This document shows positions 16,229 to 27,823 of a DNA stretch of 50,144 bases, piece by piece. The translations under genes were made by a program, and so were the position numbers. The DNA comes from Candidatus Doudnabacteria bacterium RIFCSPHIGHO2_02_FULL_42_25. GTDB lineage: Bacteria; Patescibacteriota; Doudnabacteria; UBA920; O2-02-FULL-48-8. Where the stretch lies: the NCBI GenBank assembly GCA_001777665.1, contig MFEQ01000008.1, forward strand, positions 1-50,144. The letters are read 5' to 3'. The notes under the pieces are model-generated. The model saw only the letters and a list, made by a program, of their open reading frames with translations, did no database searches and was not told the DNA's origin. Every line of letters starts with the position of its first letter. The stretch's first letter is position 1.

Positions 16229-18325
16229 ATGACCAAAGAAATTTCTACACATTACGACCAATCGAAAGAATCTGAGATTTACAAACTCTGGGAGTCTTCT
16301 GGTTATTTCAATCCCGATAACCTAGAAGGTGAACCTTTCACTATCATCATGCCGCCATCCAATGCCAACGGTCAAGTTCATGTCGGTCACGCACTCGGAT
16401 TTACTTTGCAAGATACAATTATTCGCTACCAACGTATGCTGGGCAAAAAAACTTTGTGGTTGCCAGGGACCGATCACGCTGGATTTGAGACCCAAGTGGT
16501 GTTTGAAAAAAAACTAGAAAAAGAGGGTCGCTCTCGTTTTCAAATGACACGAGAGGAATTTTATAAAGAGATCTGGGATTTCGTCCAGGAGAATAAAAAA
16601 CAAACTGAAGATGGAATTAAAAGATTAGGGGCTTCTGCTGACTGGTCTCGAAATATGTTTACTCTAGATCCAAGAATTATCAAAATCGTCTACGAAACTT
16701 TTGAACAAATGTACAACGACGGTTTGATTTACCGCGACAATCGTATTTGTAACTGGTGTCCGAAACACCAAACCGGACTCTCTGATCTGGAAACCAAATA
16801 TGAAGAACGAACCGAACCATTCTATTATTTCAAATATGGTCCATTTACCATAGCGACTTCTAGACCAGAAACAAAATTTGGCGATAAATACGTAGTTATG
16901 CATCCAGATGACAAACGCTACCAAGACTACAAAAACGGCCAAAAAATCGAGCTCGAATGGATCAATGGCCCGATCACAGCTACCGTCATCAAAGACAAGG
17001 CGGTAGACCCTGAATTTGGTTCAGGCGTGATGACTATTACCCCAGCCCATGATGCTACCGACTTTGAAATAGCACAGCGTCATAAACTTGATTTTGAACA
17101 AATTATCGATAAACGAGGGAAGCTTTTACCTATCGCTGGCGAGTTTGTTGGTGTGAAAATTCTGGAAGCGAGACCGAAAATAATCGAAAAACTGAAAGCC
17201 AAAGGACTTCTAGAAAAAGTTGATGAAAATTACAAACACAATGTCCAGCTTTGTTATAAGTGCAGTAACCTCATCGAGCCTCAAGTCATACCCCAGTGGT
17301 ATGTCGCGATGACGAAAGAAATCAAAGGCAAAGCTTTGCGCGACAAAATCAAAGACGCCATCGAATCTGGTGAAGTCGTGATTAATCCTGAAAGCAAAGC
17401 TAATTTTTTGAAAACTTGGCTCAATGAAATTCGTGATTGGCCCATCTCCCGACAAACCTGGTGGGGCATCCCGATTCCAGCTTGGTACAAAGGAGATAAA
17501 GTAAAAATTTCAGAAGATTCACCAGGAGAGGGATGGGAAAAAGATCCTGATACTTTTGATACTTGGTTTTCTTCTGGCCAATGGCCATACGCCACACTCA
17601 TGGCATTGGGAGAAAAAGATTTTGAAACTTTCTATCCAACGCGAGTTTTAGAAACTGGCTGGGACATTATCTTTTTCTGGGTCGCACGCATGATTATGTT
17701 TGGTCAATACAAAACTGGTAAACCACCGTTTAGTTATGTCTACCTTCACGGATTGGTCCGGGATAAAGATCGACAAAAAATGAGTAAATCCAAAGGCAAT
17801 GTCATAGATCCATTAGGTGTTATCGATACTTACGGCAATGACGCACTACGTATGGCTTTACTAGTGGGCAATCTTCCGGGCAATGACTTACCACTGTCCG
17901 AACAAAAAGTCAAAGGTTATCGCAACTTTGCCAATAAAATTTGGAACGCCGCCAGGTTTGTCATGCAAAACACGGAAGGATACGACCCTAGTGCAAAACT
18001 CCACAGTGATGATGAAAATATTCTAAATGATCTTAATCAAATAATTATCACTGCGACGAATCAGATGAATAAATATGCTTTAGCTCACGCTGCCGAAGAC
18101 CTCTATCACTACTTCTGGCACACTTTTGCCGATAAAATCATCGAGGAATCAAAAGCAAAATTGGCAAATCCGGAAACTAAAGCTTCGACACAGCGCATGC
18201 TTCGAGAAATCCTGGAAACCAATCTCAAACTTCTCCATCCATTCATGCCATTCGTCACAGAAACCATTTGGCAGATGAATCATAAGGATTTACTCATGGT
18301 TGAATCCTGGCCAAGTAATAAGTAA
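16229..18325 (+). CDS. valS: Valine--tRNA ligase (short form without the C-terminal coiled coil)
   Basis: It has a HIGH-type motif (NANGQVHVGH), editing-domain motifs (TSRPET, TPAHD), DTWFSSGQWP and KMSKS. It is 698 aa long. Confidence 0.85.
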   Translation: MTKEISTHYDQSKESEIYKLWESSGYFNPDNLEGEPFTIIMPPSNANGQVHVGHALGFTLQDTIIRYQRMLGKKTLWLPGTDHAGFETQVVFEKKLEKEGRSRFQMTREEFYKEIWDFVQENKKQTEDGIKRLGASADWSRNMFTLDPRIIKIVYETFEQMYNDGLIYRDNRICNWCPKHQTGLSDLETKYEERTEPFYYFKYGPFTIATSRPETKFGDKYVVMHPDDKRYQDYKNGQKIELEWINGPITATVIKDKAVDPEFGSGVMTITPAHDATDFEIAQRHKLDFEQIIDKRGKLLPIAGEFVGVKILEARPKIIEKLKAKGLLEKVDENYKHNVQLCYKCSNLIEPQVIPQWYVAMTKEIKGKALRDKIKDAIESGEVVINPESKANFLKTWLNEIRDWPISRQTWWGIPIPAWYKGDKVKISEDSPGEGWEKDPDTFDTWFSSGQWPYATLMALGEKDFETFYPTRVLETGWDIIFFWVARMIMFGQYKTGKPPFSYVYLHGLVRDKDRQKMSKSKGNVIDPLGVIDTYGNDALRMALLVGNLPGNDLPLSEQKVKGYRNFANKIWNAARFVMQNTEGYDPSAKLHSDDENILNDLNQIIITATNQMNKYALAHAAEDLYHYFWHTFADKIIEESKAKLANPETKASTQRMLREILETNLKLLHPFMPFVTETIWQMNHKDLLMVESWPSNK

Positions 18326-18343
18326 GGAGTAAAAAGTAATTAG

Positions 18344-18368
18344 AAAACTGCGGCTATCCCGCAGTTTT
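18344..18368. terminator. Bidirectional intrinsic terminator between the convergent valS and the 18402-18866 gene
   Basis: AAAACTGCGG pairs with CCGCAGTTTT around a short loop, flanked by an A-run and a T-run. Confidence 0.65.
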
Positions 18369-18401
18369 AAATTCTTATTACTTATTACTAATTACTCTTT
18401 A

Positions 18402-18866
18402 CTACTTAAAGCGCACGGGAATGGCAAAGGCGGCGTCATTTTCTGGAAGGCCTGATGGGTTATCTCGTTCAATCAGTAATACTCCAAATTCTGCATCACC
18501 TGGATCAAAAACCAGAGTTCCTGCGAATGGCACATAACCCTCTACCATCCAATCACCAATCGCTTGGAATCCTTGTTGAGCTAGCACTTTCCCGTTCTCG
18601 TCTTTTAGTGTTACTGGGATATTGGCTTCAAAAAACCAAGAACCCAAAGCTTTCCCGCTCACTCCCATAGGACTGCTAACCAAAGCGCCAAACAGCGGAT
18701 AGTCTAAGACAACTGGGAGTTGAGCATGTTCCTCTTCTTCAAAGACCTGACCATCAGGATTAATATCAACCGTTTGGGGTTGAGGTTCACTTAATTTCGG
18801 CCAAAGCAGCCAGGCGATAACGACTAGCAAGGCTAGAACTATTATTTGATAAATTCGTTTATTCAT
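18402..18866 (-). CDS. Membrane-anchored Gmad2-like immunoglobulin-fold protein
   Basis: It has an N-terminal TM helix. VSSPMGVSGKALGSWFFEANIPVTLKDENGKVL...GYVPFAGTLVF resembles the Gmad2 domain. Confidence 0.5.
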   Translation of the reverse strand: MNKRIYQIIVLALLVVIAWLLWPKLSEPQPQTVDINPDGQVFEEEEHAQLPVVLDYPLFGALVSSPMGVSGKALGSWFFEANIPVTLKDENGKVLAQQGFQAIGDWMVEGYVPFAGTLVFDPGDAEFGVLLIERDNPSGLPENDAAFAIPVRFK

Positions 18867-18889
18867 AGGGATAGTATACGGAATATAAG

Positions 18890-18930
18890 ACCCCGGATCA
18901 AGCCTGCCTGCCGGTAGGCAGGTCCGGGGT
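18890..18930. repeat. Nested palindromes: the CCTGCCTGCCGGTAGGCAGG element lies inside the loop of an ACCCCGGA...TCCGGGGT hairpin
   Basis: The sequence reads ACCCCGGA-TCAAG-CCTGCCTGCCGGTAGGCAGG-TCCGGGGT. The outer arms match the hairpin at 35142-35162. Confidence 0.7.
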
Positions 18931-19005
18931 AGTTTTCATTTTAATGTTTGAGCGAGGATTAAATTTTTGGACGCTTTGCGTATTTCCTCAGAAATCGCAA
19001 AGCGA

Positions 19006-19026
19006 GCCTGCCTGCCGGTAGGCAGG
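19006..19026. repeat. Third copy of the GCCTGCCTGCCGGTAGGCAGG palindrome
   Basis: The core is identical to 18902-18922. It is preceded by another hairpin, CGCTTTGCG...CGCAAAGCG (18972-19004). Confidence 0.7.
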
Positions 19027-19094
19027 TAAAAATCTACTTCTAAGTACATAACAAACTGCAGATTTTTACGTTCACAAAAATTTCAATCCGAGCG

Positions 19095-22000
19095 TTATAC
19101 TATTGCGTTATCCGCCAGCTCGGCGGCTTCTTTTTCAGCCAAAGCATCAGCGCGATAGCCCGTCCCAGCAGGAATCAATTTACCGATGATCACGTTTTCT
19201 TTCAAGCCACGGAGATAATCCGTTTTCGCAGTTACAGCAGCTTCAATCAAGACACGGGTGGTTTCTTGGAAGGATGCCGCGGCCAAGAACGATTCAGTGT
19301 TGAGAGAAGATTTCGTGATACCCATGAGTAGCTGTTCGGCTTCAGCAATTCGGCCATTGCCAACTTTTTCATTGGCCAGCTGTAATCGAGATTTATCGAC
19401 TAGATCACCAGCGAGTAAATCTGTATCCCCGGATTCGGCAATCCGAACTTTGCTAAACATCTGGCGGACAATAATTTCAATGTGCTTTTCGTTGACATTC
19501 TGCCCTTGGGAAGAATAAATTTCTTGCACGTCTTTGATGATGTAGTCTTGGCAAGCCTCAATTCCCTTCAAAGCAAAGAGTTGATGTAGGTTAAGGTTAC
19601 CTTCAGTCAATGGTTGGCCTTTGTAAACTAAATCTTTTTCTTTAACCAAGACGCTGAAACCAGCTGGAGCAGAATATTCTTGGAAGTTTTCTGACTCACG
19701 AACTACCGTCAATTTATCGGTGCCTAATTTTACAATTCCTGCGGCAATGGCTTTCACAACTTCGCCTTGATCATTGGTATAGAGTGGGTCACCAGTATTA
19801 ACTTTTTCGCCAGCAGTAAGTTGCAATTTAGCGCCACCGAGCATGTATTCATCCATCGCGACGTCTTTAGCTTCGACGCGAATTACCGTTTCTTTCGGAG
19901 ATGGTTTGATGGAAGATACGAATCCGTCCAATTCAGTAATCACGGCTTGTCCTTTTGGTTCACGAGCTTCCAGTAATTCCTCGACTCGAGGTAAACCTTG
20001 AGTGATGTCGAGTCCAGCCACACCACCAGTATGGAAGGTTCTCATGGTGAGCTGGGTTCCTGGCTCCCCAATGGCTTGAGCCGCGACAATTCCGACAGCT
20101 GCACCTTGTTCCACTGGCTTGTTAAAGCCCAAATCATACCCATAACATTTGGCACAAACGCCGCGAGTCAATTTACAGCGAAGTACTGTGCGAACTTCGA
20201 TGGAATTAGCTGTTGATTTTTCAATTTCCAGGGCTAATCGGTCATCAACTAGGGTTCCTGCTTCTGACACTATTTTCCCATCTGCATCCATGACATCGGA
20301 TGCGAGTACACGACCAAAAATTCTTCGAGAGAGAGGACGACCCAGTGCTTCTGACGAAACGCGGGTGATGATTCTACCTTCCGCAACTCCACAGTCTTCG
20401 GCATTGACGACAATGTCTTGTGCCACGTCAACTAATCGACGGGTCAGGTATCCAGCGTCCGCGGTTCGAAGAGCGGTATCAGTCATACCTTTTCTGGATC
20501 CGTGAGTGGAAATAAAATATTCCAAAATATTTAAGCCTTCTTTGAAAGAATCCCTGGCTGGCAATTCGATAACTTCTCCGGCTGGGTTGGTAACCAAACC
20601 TTTCATCCCAGACATCTGGGCGAGCTGGGAAATCGAACCTCTGGCGCCCGACGTGATCATTTGATAAACAGATCCGTATTCATCCAAAGTGTGAGTCACA
20701 GCTTCGGCCAATCGATCACGAACCTGGGCCCAAATTTCGATAACTCGATTTTTGCGTTCCGTTTCGGTAAGTAGTCCCATACGGTATTGTTCATATGTTT
20801 CCAATACATCTTTGTCAGCATCGATAACTAATCCTTTTTTCATTTCTGGGACGCGCAAATCGCTCATGCCCCAGGACAATCCGGATTTGGTCATGTAGTG
20901 GAAGCCCATGGCTTTAACTTCATCCAACAATTCCGCGGTTGTTTCAATACCGTAATCTCGATACACGATTTGGATAGTTTGCTGAAGTTTCTTTTTATCC
21001 ATGACATCGTTAATAAATCGAACGCCTTCTGGTAAGAGTTGGTTAAACAAAATTCTGCCGACACAGGTTTCAGTCAGTCCACCATTCCCCCAACCATCAG
21101 TCAAACGAATTTTAACTTTGGCTTTGAGTGTCACAACTTCTGATTGATAAGCTAAAATTGCTTCTTGCGGACTGCCAAATGTCATGCCTTCACCTTTTTG
21201 GCCAGGTTGGATGCGGGTCAGCCAATAACAACCAAGCACCATATCCTTGGTCGGCATCATCACCGGTTCACCTGATGCTGGTTTGAGCAAGTTTTTCGCC
21301 GATAACATGATGCGCTTGGCTTCTTCTTGGGCCGCGGCAGTCAATGAAACGTGTACAGCCATCTGATCCCCGTCAAAGTCAGCGTTATAAGCGTCGCAAA
21401 CCATGGGGTGGATCTGGATAGCTTTACCTTCAATCAATACTGGCAAGAAGGCTTGGAAACCCAGTCTGTGCAAGGTTGGAGCACGGTTAAGCAGCACGTA
21501 GTGATCTTTGGTTACTTCTTCTAAAATATCGTAAACGACTGTGGCTCCCTGTTCGATCAATCGATTGGCTGACCTTACATTGTGGGCATATTCACGTTGG
21601 ATTAATTTAGAGATGACAAAAGGCTTGAATAATTCCAAAGCCATTTTCTTCGGCAACCCACATTGGTGCAATTTCAATTTTGGCCCAACGACGATAACAG
21701 AGCGTCCAGAATAGTCGACACGCTTCCCCAGCAAATTTTGTCGGAATCGCCCCTGTTTACCTTTCAACATGTCAGCCAATGATCGGAGTTTGCGTTTCTG
21801 TCCCGTGGAAGCAGTAACTTCTTTGCCATGTCGAATCGAGTTATCAATTAAAGCATCCACAGCTTCTTGCAACATCCGCTTTTCGTTACGGGTGATAACT
21901 TCTGGTGCACCAATTTCTAAAAGTTTTTTTAAGCGATTGTTGCGGTTGATAACTCGGCGATACAAATCGTTCAAATCTGAAGCGGCAAAGCGTCCCCCAT

Positions 22001-22931
22001 CGAGTTGAACCATTGGTCGCAAATCTGGAGGTATTACTGGCAGGTTAGAAATAATCATCCATTCTGGTCGGATGCCAGAGCGGATCATGGACTTCACCAA
22101 TTTCAATCGCTTGATGAGCTTGCGCTTATTGACACCTTCCGCAGTCGCGATTTCTTCTTGTAAATCAGCAAACAATTTTTCCAAATCAATCTCTTCGACG
22201 AGTTGGACAATGGCAGATGCGCCAATCCCTGCTTGGAACACTGGGCCATATTTGAGGGATAAATCCCGATATTCTAATTCTGAAATAATTTGATACTTTT
22301 TGATGGATTTCAGTTCTGATCGGGCCAAATCGCGGATGGATTCCAAATGTTCCGATTCTTTGGTCCACATTTCTTTCACTCTGACAGTTTCAGCTTCGTC
22401 TTTATCCTTATTCTGGTTGATCAAATTTTCGTAACGATTATCAATTTCTTTACCTTTGGCTTTGAATTCGCGTTCAATCTGCTCCATGGTTTGCGCTCTG
22501 GCCTCTTCATCCACTGATGTAATGATGTAGGAAGCAAAGTAAACAACTTTTTCCAATTCTTGGACAGACAAATCCAGGACCAACCCCAGTCTGGATGGGA
22601 CTCCGCGCAAAAACCATATGTGAGCCACTGGTGCGGCAAGTTTAATATGCCCCATCCGTTCACGGCGAACAGAAGCTCTAGTGACCTCGACTCCACATTT
22701 ATCGCAGATAATTCCTTTGTAGCGAATCCGTTTGTATTTACCACAATAACATTCCCAGTCTTTGATTGGCCCAAAAATTTTCTCATCAAACAAACCGTCT
22801 TTTTCTGGACGTTGGGTGCGGTAATTGATGGTTTCTGGCTTGGTCACTTCCCCGTAAGACCAATTCAAAATGTCTGCTGGAGAAGCCAGTTTTAGTCTAA
22901 CCGCTTTAAATTCTTCAGTTTGCTGTACCAT
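19095..22931 (-). CDS. rpoC: DNA-directed RNA polymerase subunit beta-prime
   Basis: The 1278-aa protein has the zinc-binding segment [23 protein letters not shown] and the catalytic motif NADFDGDQM. Confidence 0.95.
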   Translation of the reverse strand: MVQQTEEFKAVRLKLASPADILNWSYGEVTKPETINYRTQRPEKDGLFDEKIFGPIKDWECYCGKYKRIRYKGIICDKCGVEVTRASVRRERMGHIKLAAPVAHIWFLRGVPSRLGLVLDLSVQELEKVVYFASYIITSVDEEARAQTMEQIEREFKAKGKEIDNRYENLINQNKDKDEAETVRVKEMWTKESEHLESIRDLARSELKSIKKYQIISELEYRDLSLKYGPVFQAGIGASAIVQLVEEIDLEKLFADLQEEIATAEGVNKRKLIKRLKLVKSMIRSGIRPEWMIISNLPVIPPDLRPMVQLDGGRFAASDLNDLYRRVINRNNRLKKLLEIGAPEVITRNEKRMLQEAVDALIDNSIRHGKEVTASTGQKRKLRSLADMLKGKQGRFRQNLLGKRVDYSGRSVIVVGPKLKLHQCGLPKKMALELFKPFVISKLIQREYAHNVRSANRLIEQGATVVYDILEEVTKDHYVLLNRAPTLHRLGFQAFLPVLIEGKAIQIHPMVCDAYNADFDGDQMAVHVSLTAAAQEEAKRIMLSAKNLLKPASGEPVMMPTKDMVLGCYWLTRIQPGQKGEGMTFGSPQEAILAYQSEVVTLKAKVKIRLTDGWGNGGLTETCVGRILFNQLLPEGVRFINDVMDKKKLQQTIQIVYRDYGIETTAELLDEVKAMGFHYMTKSGLSWGMSDLRVPEMKKGLVIDADKDVLETYEQYRMGLLTETERKNRVIEIWAQVRDRLAEAVTHTLDEYGSVYQMITSGARGSISQLAQMSGMKGLVTNPAGEVIELPARDSFKEGLNILEYFISTHGSRKGMTDTALRTADAGYLTRRLVDVAQDIVVNAEDCGVAEGRIITRVSSEALGRPLSRRIFGRVLASDVMDADGKIVSEAGTLVDDRLALEIEKSTANSIEVRTVLRCKLTRGVCAKCYGYDLGFNKPVEQGAAVGIVAAQAIGEPGTQLTMRTFHTGGVAGLDITQGLPRVEELLEAREPKGQAVITELDGFVSSIKPSPKETVIRVEAKDVAMDEYMLGGAKLQLTAGEKVNTGDPLYTNDQGEVVKAIAAGIVKLGTDKLTVVRESENFQEYSAPAGFSVLVKEKDLVYKGQPLTEGNLNLHQLFALKGIEACQDYIIKDVQEIYSSQGQNVNEKHIEIIVRQMFSKVRIAESGDTDLLAGDLVDKSRLQLANEKVGNGRIAEAEQLLMGITKSSLNTESFLAAASFQETTRVLIEAAVTAKTDYLRGLKENVIIGKLIPAGTGYRADALAEKEAAELADNAIV

Positions 22932-22934
22932 ATG

Positions 22935-23020
22935 TTTACTAATTACTAATTTTTACGAATTTACGAATTGGGTTAGCGATTAGTATATTCGCTGCTATTC
23001 GTAATTCGTAAAGTTAGTTA
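22935..23020. repeat. TAC(G/T)AA-unit inverted repeat (copy 2, opposite orientation) in the rpoB-rpoC spacer
   Basis: TTTACTAATTACTAATTTTTACGAATTTACGAAT faces ATTCGCTGCTATTCGTAATTCGTAAAGTTAGTTA. The loop contains GGTTAGCG, the reverse complement of the CTAAC-type loop in the other copies. Confidence 0.65.
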
Positions 23021-26000
23021 TTTCTTCCCTTTCCTTTTCTTATCTGCGACCTTTTCACCTACTAATTCAATAGTTTTTTCATCGTCCAGGCGTCCTTCAT
23101 CGGTGGTAGCGAGCTGTCTGATTTCTCCAGCTTGGTCAACTTCGTCTGTGGCCAATTTTTCGCCTACTAATTCGACGTTTAGACAGAGTGATTGTAATTC
23201 TTTGACCAAAACTCGGAACGATTCAGGGACATTTGGCTTCTTGATTGGTTCACCCTTGACGATCGATTCGTAAGTTTTCGCGCGTCCCACCACATCGTCA
23301 GATTTGATGGTCAACATTTCTTGCAATGTATGCGCAGCTCCATATCCTTCCAGGGCCCAGACTTCCATTTCTCCAAATCTCTGGCCGCCGAATTGAGCTT
23401 TACCGCCCAAAGGCTGTTGGGTAATCAATGAATAAGGACCGGTGGAACGAGCGTGCATCTTGTCGTCTACCAAATGGTGAAGTTTCAACATGTAGATAAT
23501 CCCGACAGTAACTTTTTCAGAAAAAGCCTGGCCAGTCTTCCCATCATAAAGGACGAGTTTGCCATCTTCTGGATAACCTGCTTTGACTAACTGTTCTTTG
23601 ATTGTTTCTTCCGGTACTCCATCTAGCGGCGGGGTCGCCACTTTGAAACCGAGTTTATCAGCAGCCAATCCTAAGTGAGTTTCCAAAATCTGTCCGATGT
23701 TCATACGAGACGCAACCCCCAATGGATTCAAAATAATATCGACTGGAGTGCCATCAGCCATAAACGGCATGTTCTCGACTGGAATAACTTGAGAGATAAC
23801 ACCTTTGTTCCCGTGTCGGCCAGCCATTTTATCTCCAACCTGGATTTTACGAAGCACTGCTACTGAAACTTGGATGGATTTGATCACTCCGGATGGCAAT
23901 TTATCACCTTGTTCACGAGAAAATTCTCGGATATGGACTACTTTTCCGTACTCACCGTGAGGCAGAGTCAGAGAAGTATCTTTGACGTCACGAGATTTTT
24001 CACCAAAGATCACGCGCAATAATTTTTCTTCTGCAGTCAGGTCAGTTTCACCCTTTGGAGTGATTTTTCCTACCAATATATCACCGGCTTTGACTTGCGC
24101 TCCAATTCGGATCACGCCATTCTCATCCAAATCTTTCAATTTTTCTTCTCCAACGTTTGGAATATCGCGGGTGATAATTTCAGGACCCAATTTCGTATCC
24201 CGAACATCCACTTTAAAGTCCTCGATGTGAATCGAGGAGTAGCGATCTTCTTCGACAACTCGGGACGAGATCAAAATAGCATCTTCATAATTTCCACCTT
24301 CCCAGGACAGGAAAGCGACGAGCATGTTTTGACCCAAAGCCAATTCACCATCTTCAATCGCAGCACCATCAGCAATCGGAGTTCCGGCTTTTATTTCTTG
24401 ACCTTTTCTGACAGTGGCGTGTTGGTTGATCGAAGTTGAGGTGTTAGATCGGACAAATTTTTGGAGGGAATATTCTTTCTTTTTGCCACCATCAGACAGG
24501 ACAATTTTGTCCCCGGTAACACTCAACACAGTGCCATCGCTTTCAGCAATTACCACTTGGCCCGAATCATAAGCAGCTTTGGCTTCAACTCCGGTTCCGA
24601 TAACTGGAGATTGTGGTTTGATACAGGACACTGCCTGACGTTGCATGTTCGATCCCATCAAAGCACGGTTGGCATCATCGTGTTCTAGGAATGGAATCAG
24701 GGAAGTCGTGACAGAAATAATTTGCTTTGGTGAAACTTCGACATAATTAATCTCTGATGTTTCAGCAATCGATGGTTCACCATGAACTCGAACCGAAGTT
24801 CGACTTTCAGTGAAAAATCCTTTTTCATCCATCTTGACATTGGCCTGCGCAATTACTGAAAACTGCTCTTCGTAAGCATCCAAGTACTCCAGTTCATCTG
24901 TGACTTGGGCTTTGCCATCTTTCTTCACGACTTTTCTGTAGGGAGTTTCAATAAATCCAAAATCATTGATGCGAGCATAACTGGCCAAATGTGCGACTAA
25001 CCCGATGTTCGGTCCTTCAGGAGTGGTGATCGGACAAAGTCGGCCATAGTGAGAACGATGGACATCTCGAACTTCGAATCCAGCGCGTTCGCGGGACAAT
25101 CCACCCGGACCCATCGCGGACAGTCGACGCTTGTGTTCCAGTTCCGCCAAAGGATTGGTCTGATCCATAAACTGGGAAAGCTGGGACGAGGAGAAAAACT
25201 CCTGGATCACAGCAACAATTGGACGAACGTGAATAAGTTGGGCTGGAGTTACGGTCTCGATATCAGCCAAACTCATACGATCTTTGGCAATTCTGCTCAT
25301 ACGAGCGAGTCCGATGCGGAATTTGCCTTGGATCAGTTCCCCGACTGATCGCACGCGGCGGTTCGAGAGATGATCGATATCGTCCCAGGATTCTTGAGAG
25401 TTATTTAATCTGACTACTTCCCGGATAATGTCGGTCAAATCTTCTTTGGTCAGGATTCGGTCTTCTCGATCTTTGATATTGAGACGTTGATTGAGTTTGT
25501 AGCGGCCGACTTCGGATAAATCATAGCGATCGGATTGGAAAAACATCGCTTCAATCAGAGACCTGGCATTATCAACTGTGGCGAGATCTCCTGGACGAAT
25601 ACGTTTGTAGACTTCCTTAAATCCTTCGTCCGGATTTTTGGATGGATCTTTCTCCAAAGTATTTTGAATATAGCGCATATCAGGGTTGGTATCGATATCA
25701 GCAAAAGCAGCGAGAATTTCTTCATCTGATCCATACTTAAACACGCGCAACAGCGCTGAAACCGGAATTCTGCGCTTGCGGTCGATCTTGACACTGATTA
25801 CACCATTGATATCGGTTTCCAATTCCAACCAAGCACCACGATTCGGAATAATCTTCGCCCCGTACCAATTTCGGCTTCGTGCAGCTTCACCAGTAAAAAA
25901 TACACCCGGGGATTTGACTAGTTGGGAGACAACTACTCTTTCCACTCCATTGATGACAAATGTGCCGCGAGGCGTCATCAGTGGAAAATCGCCGAGGTAA

Positions 26001-26365
26001 ACATCTTGAGTTTTAGTTTTGTTTGTTACTTTGTTTACGAGCTTCACCGATACATAGAGTGGAGCTTCAAAAGTTGTGTTTCGTTCTTTGGCTGTTTTTT
26101 CGTCGTATTTTGGTTTATCTAAAAAGTAGTCCCCAAAAAACAGTTCCAAATTCTTCCCAGTAAAATCTTTGATCGAGTTGATCTCTTCAAACAATTCCTT
26201 TAAACCTTTTTCCCAAAACCATTTGTAAGATCGGAGCTGCGCTTCAATCAAATTGGGCATGTCCATAACTTCTTCAATGTGGGTGAAAAACTTTCGTGAT
26301 GGTTTTTGGGGGTTACCACCACTGAAATTTAGGCTCAAATTAGCCAATTTCTTTTTTGAAGACAT
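23018..26365 (-). CDS. rpoB: DNA-directed RNA polymerase subunit beta
   Basis: It is about 1115 aa with typical RpoB segments ([21 protein letters not shown]). The ORF-track start at 26395 adds 10 codons, and the ATG at 26365 (MSSKKK) is at least as plausible. Confidence 0.95.
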   Translation of the reverse strand: MSSKKKLANLSLNFSGGNPQKPSRKFFTHIEEVMDMPNLIEAQLRSYKWFWEKGLKELFEEINSIKDFTGKNLELFFGDYFLDKPKYDEKTAKERNTTFEAPLYVSVKLVNKVTNKTKTQDVYLGDFPLMTPRGTFVINGVERVVVSQLVKSPGVFFTGEAARSRNWYGAKIIPNRGAWLELETDINGVISVKIDRKRRIPVSALLRVFKYGSDEEILAAFADIDTNPDMRYIQNTLEKDPSKNPDEGFKEVYKRIRPGDLATVDNARSLIEAMFFQSDRYDLSEVGRYKLNQRLNIKDREDRILTKEDLTDIIREVVRLNNSQESWDDIDHLSNRRVRSVGELIQGKFRIGLARMSRIAKDRMSLADIETVTPAQLIHVRPIVAVIQEFFSSSQLSQFMDQTNPLAELEHKRRLSAMGPGGLSRERAGFEVRDVHRSHYGRLCPITTPEGPNIGLVAHLASYARINDFGFIETPYRKVVKKDGKAQVTDELEYLDAYEEQFSVIAQANVKMDEKGFFTESRTSVRVHGEPSIAETSEINYVEVSPKQIISVTTSLIPFLEHDDANRALMGSNMQRQAVSCIKPQSPVIGTGVEAKAAYDSGQVVIAESDGTVLSVTGDKIVLSDGGKKKEYSLQKFVRSNTSTSINQHATVRKGQEIKAGTPIADGAAIEDGELALGQNMLVAFLSWEGGNYEDAILISSRVVEEDRYSSIHIEDFKVDVRDTKLGPEIITRDIPNVGEEKLKDLDENGVIRIGAQVKAGDILVGKITPKGETDLTAEEKLLRVIFGEKSRDVKDTSLTLPHGEYGKVVHIREFSREQGDKLPSGVIKSIQVSVAVLRKIQVGDKMAGRHGNKGVISQVIPVENMPFMADGTPVDIILNPLGVASRMNIGQILETHLGLAADKLGFKVATPPLDGVPEETIKEQLVKAGYPEDGKLVLYDGKTGQAFSEKVTVGIIYMLKLHHLVDDKMHARSTGPYSLITQQPLGGKAQFGGQRFGEMEVWALEGYGAAHTLQEMLTIKSDDVVGRAKTYESIVKGEPIKKPNVPESFRVLVKELQSLCLNVELVGEKLATDEVDQAGEIRQLATTDEGRLDDEKTIELVGEKVADKKRKGKK

Positions 26366-26444
26366 AAAATAATCCCTCTTTTTGCGCATATACAAAAAGA
26401 GCCGCTTGTGGCTAGATTCTTATTAAGTTAATTATCACATTTAT

Positions 26445-26472
26445 ATTTTAGCGATTCTGGAGTTATTGTCAA
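26445..26472 (-). promoter_or_regulatory. Promoter-like TTGACA-N16-TAAAAT upstream of rpoB
   Basis: The minus strand reads CTTGACAATAACTCCAGAATCGCTAAAAT, with the -35 at 26467-26472 and the -10 at 26445-26450. Confidence 0.4.
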
Positions 26473-26599
26473 GCCCAGTAATACAACGTCGATGCTTTTG
26501 CTGTTTCAATGGTTTTTGTAGTCAACTTCAGATGCCTGTATTTAATATAGACTAATAATTTTTCTTTATTTAAATTCGCAAAAGCAAACACAAAAACCA

Positions 26600-27823
26600 T
26601 TATCGACGTTGATATACTGGGTCAAGTAAACCATAGAGGAGCAACAATCCCCCCAGGATTGCGGCCATACTGGCGATGGGCAGAACGTCGGCTAATACCC
26701 CGATGATGATAGTAGGCAGGGTTGCCGCCACTTGCAACATTACGTACAACGCTCCGTAAATCCGACCTCGCAGATGTTCGTGGGCATGAGTTTGGAGCAT
26801 GGAATGACTCGGAGCAAAAATATGAGCATTGAAATACCCAATCAATAGTCCGAAAAAAGAATAGTAAACATATTTAAAATCAACTAATCCGATTAAGGAT
26901 AGACCGACGAGCATGGTTCCCATTCCTAAGAATCCCATGCGAACCAGTTGGCGTTTGGATAAAAATCGTTCTTCAAATCCAAGTAAAGCAGCACCAATCA
27001 GGATCCCGATACCAAGAGGTGCTACGATAAAAATTGACCCAGTGTCTAGATTGATCCCTATCGCCTCTTTCATAAACGCTGGCGCGATCGTAATCATCAT
27101 TCCATTGATAATTTGGATCGCAATCAAACTCACTAGGGGGTAGTGCAAACGAGAGTTTTCCCAAAAATGAGCAATCCCTTCTTTGAATTCATGCCAAATT
27201 TTAGAAAATGAATACGGATTTTCGTGAACCACCGGTGGTTTTAGAGACGGTAAACTCATAGTGGCCAATCCGGCTACCACTAGCAGTCCCACACCAACTG
27301 TATATGGAGCGGCATGGCCAAACGCTGATGACATCGGGCCCGCTGCCGCAAACCCGATGATCAATGCTGCACTATTTGTAAACGCAAAGAAACTATTCGC
27401 AATTAAAATCTGATTTTCTTTGACTAACCTGGGGATCGAAGGAGCTTCGGCCGGAATATAAAATTGGTTGAGTGACGAATAAAGAAAAGTTATCAGAACC
27501 AGCCCCCAAAAATCATCACCGACCAAAAAATATAAGGCAATACTTAGAGCTTGGCCAAAATTAATGATGGTCAAAAGCCATCGGCGGTCAAATCGGTCCG
27601 CATAAACACCGGCCAAACTCCCAAAAAACAAAGTCGCGACCCCGAACGCCATGATTATCAAAGAAACCGAGATCGTGGAGTTCGTCAATTCGAAAACTTT
27701 GATCAGGATCGCAAAACTAAGGATGTAATTCGTCAGCTGCGAAGTGATTTGCGAGACCCAAAGTTTGGCAAAATTTCTATTTTTGAGGACGTCGAGGTAA
27801 TGTGATATTTGGCTGTCGATCAT
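26600..27823 (-). CDS. MFS transporter
   Basis: The 407-aa protein has about 12 hydrophobic helices and the loop 2-3 motif GVYADRFDRR. Confidence 0.7.
   Translation of the reverse strand: MIDSQISHYLDVLKNRNFAKLWVSQITSQLTNYILSFAILIKVFELTNSTISVSLIIMAFGVATLFFGSLAGVYADRFDRRWLLTIINFGQALSIALYFLVGDDFWGLVLITFLYSSLNQFYIPAEAPSIPRLVKENQILIANSFFAFTNSAALIIGFAAAGPMSSAFGHAAPYTVGVGLLVVAGLATMSLPSLKPPVVHENPYSFSKIWHEFKEGIAHFWENSRLHYPLVSLIAIQIINGMMITIAPAFMKEAIGINLDTGSIFIVAPLGIGILIGAALLGFEERFLSKRQLVRMGFLGMGTMLVGLSLIGLVDFKYVYYSFFGLLIGYFNAHIFAPSHSMLQTHAHEHLRGRIYGALYVMLQVAATLPTIIIGVLADVLPIASMAAILGGLLLLYGLLDPVYQRR

Noticed and set aside
18890-18930. SRP (4.5S) RNA, because of the CAGGTCCGG string
   Set aside because: The conserved domain IV continuation (GGAAGGAAGCAGC-type symmetric and asymmetric loops) is absent. 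The sequence is explained by two nested palindromic repeats that recur elsewhere in the window.
19258-26122. Many 60-120-aa ORFs on the plus strand and in alternative minus-strand frames inside rpoC and rpoB
   Set aside because: They are fully embedded in two highly conserved, unambiguous genes. They have no start-site signals and low-complexity translations, so they are shadow ORFs.
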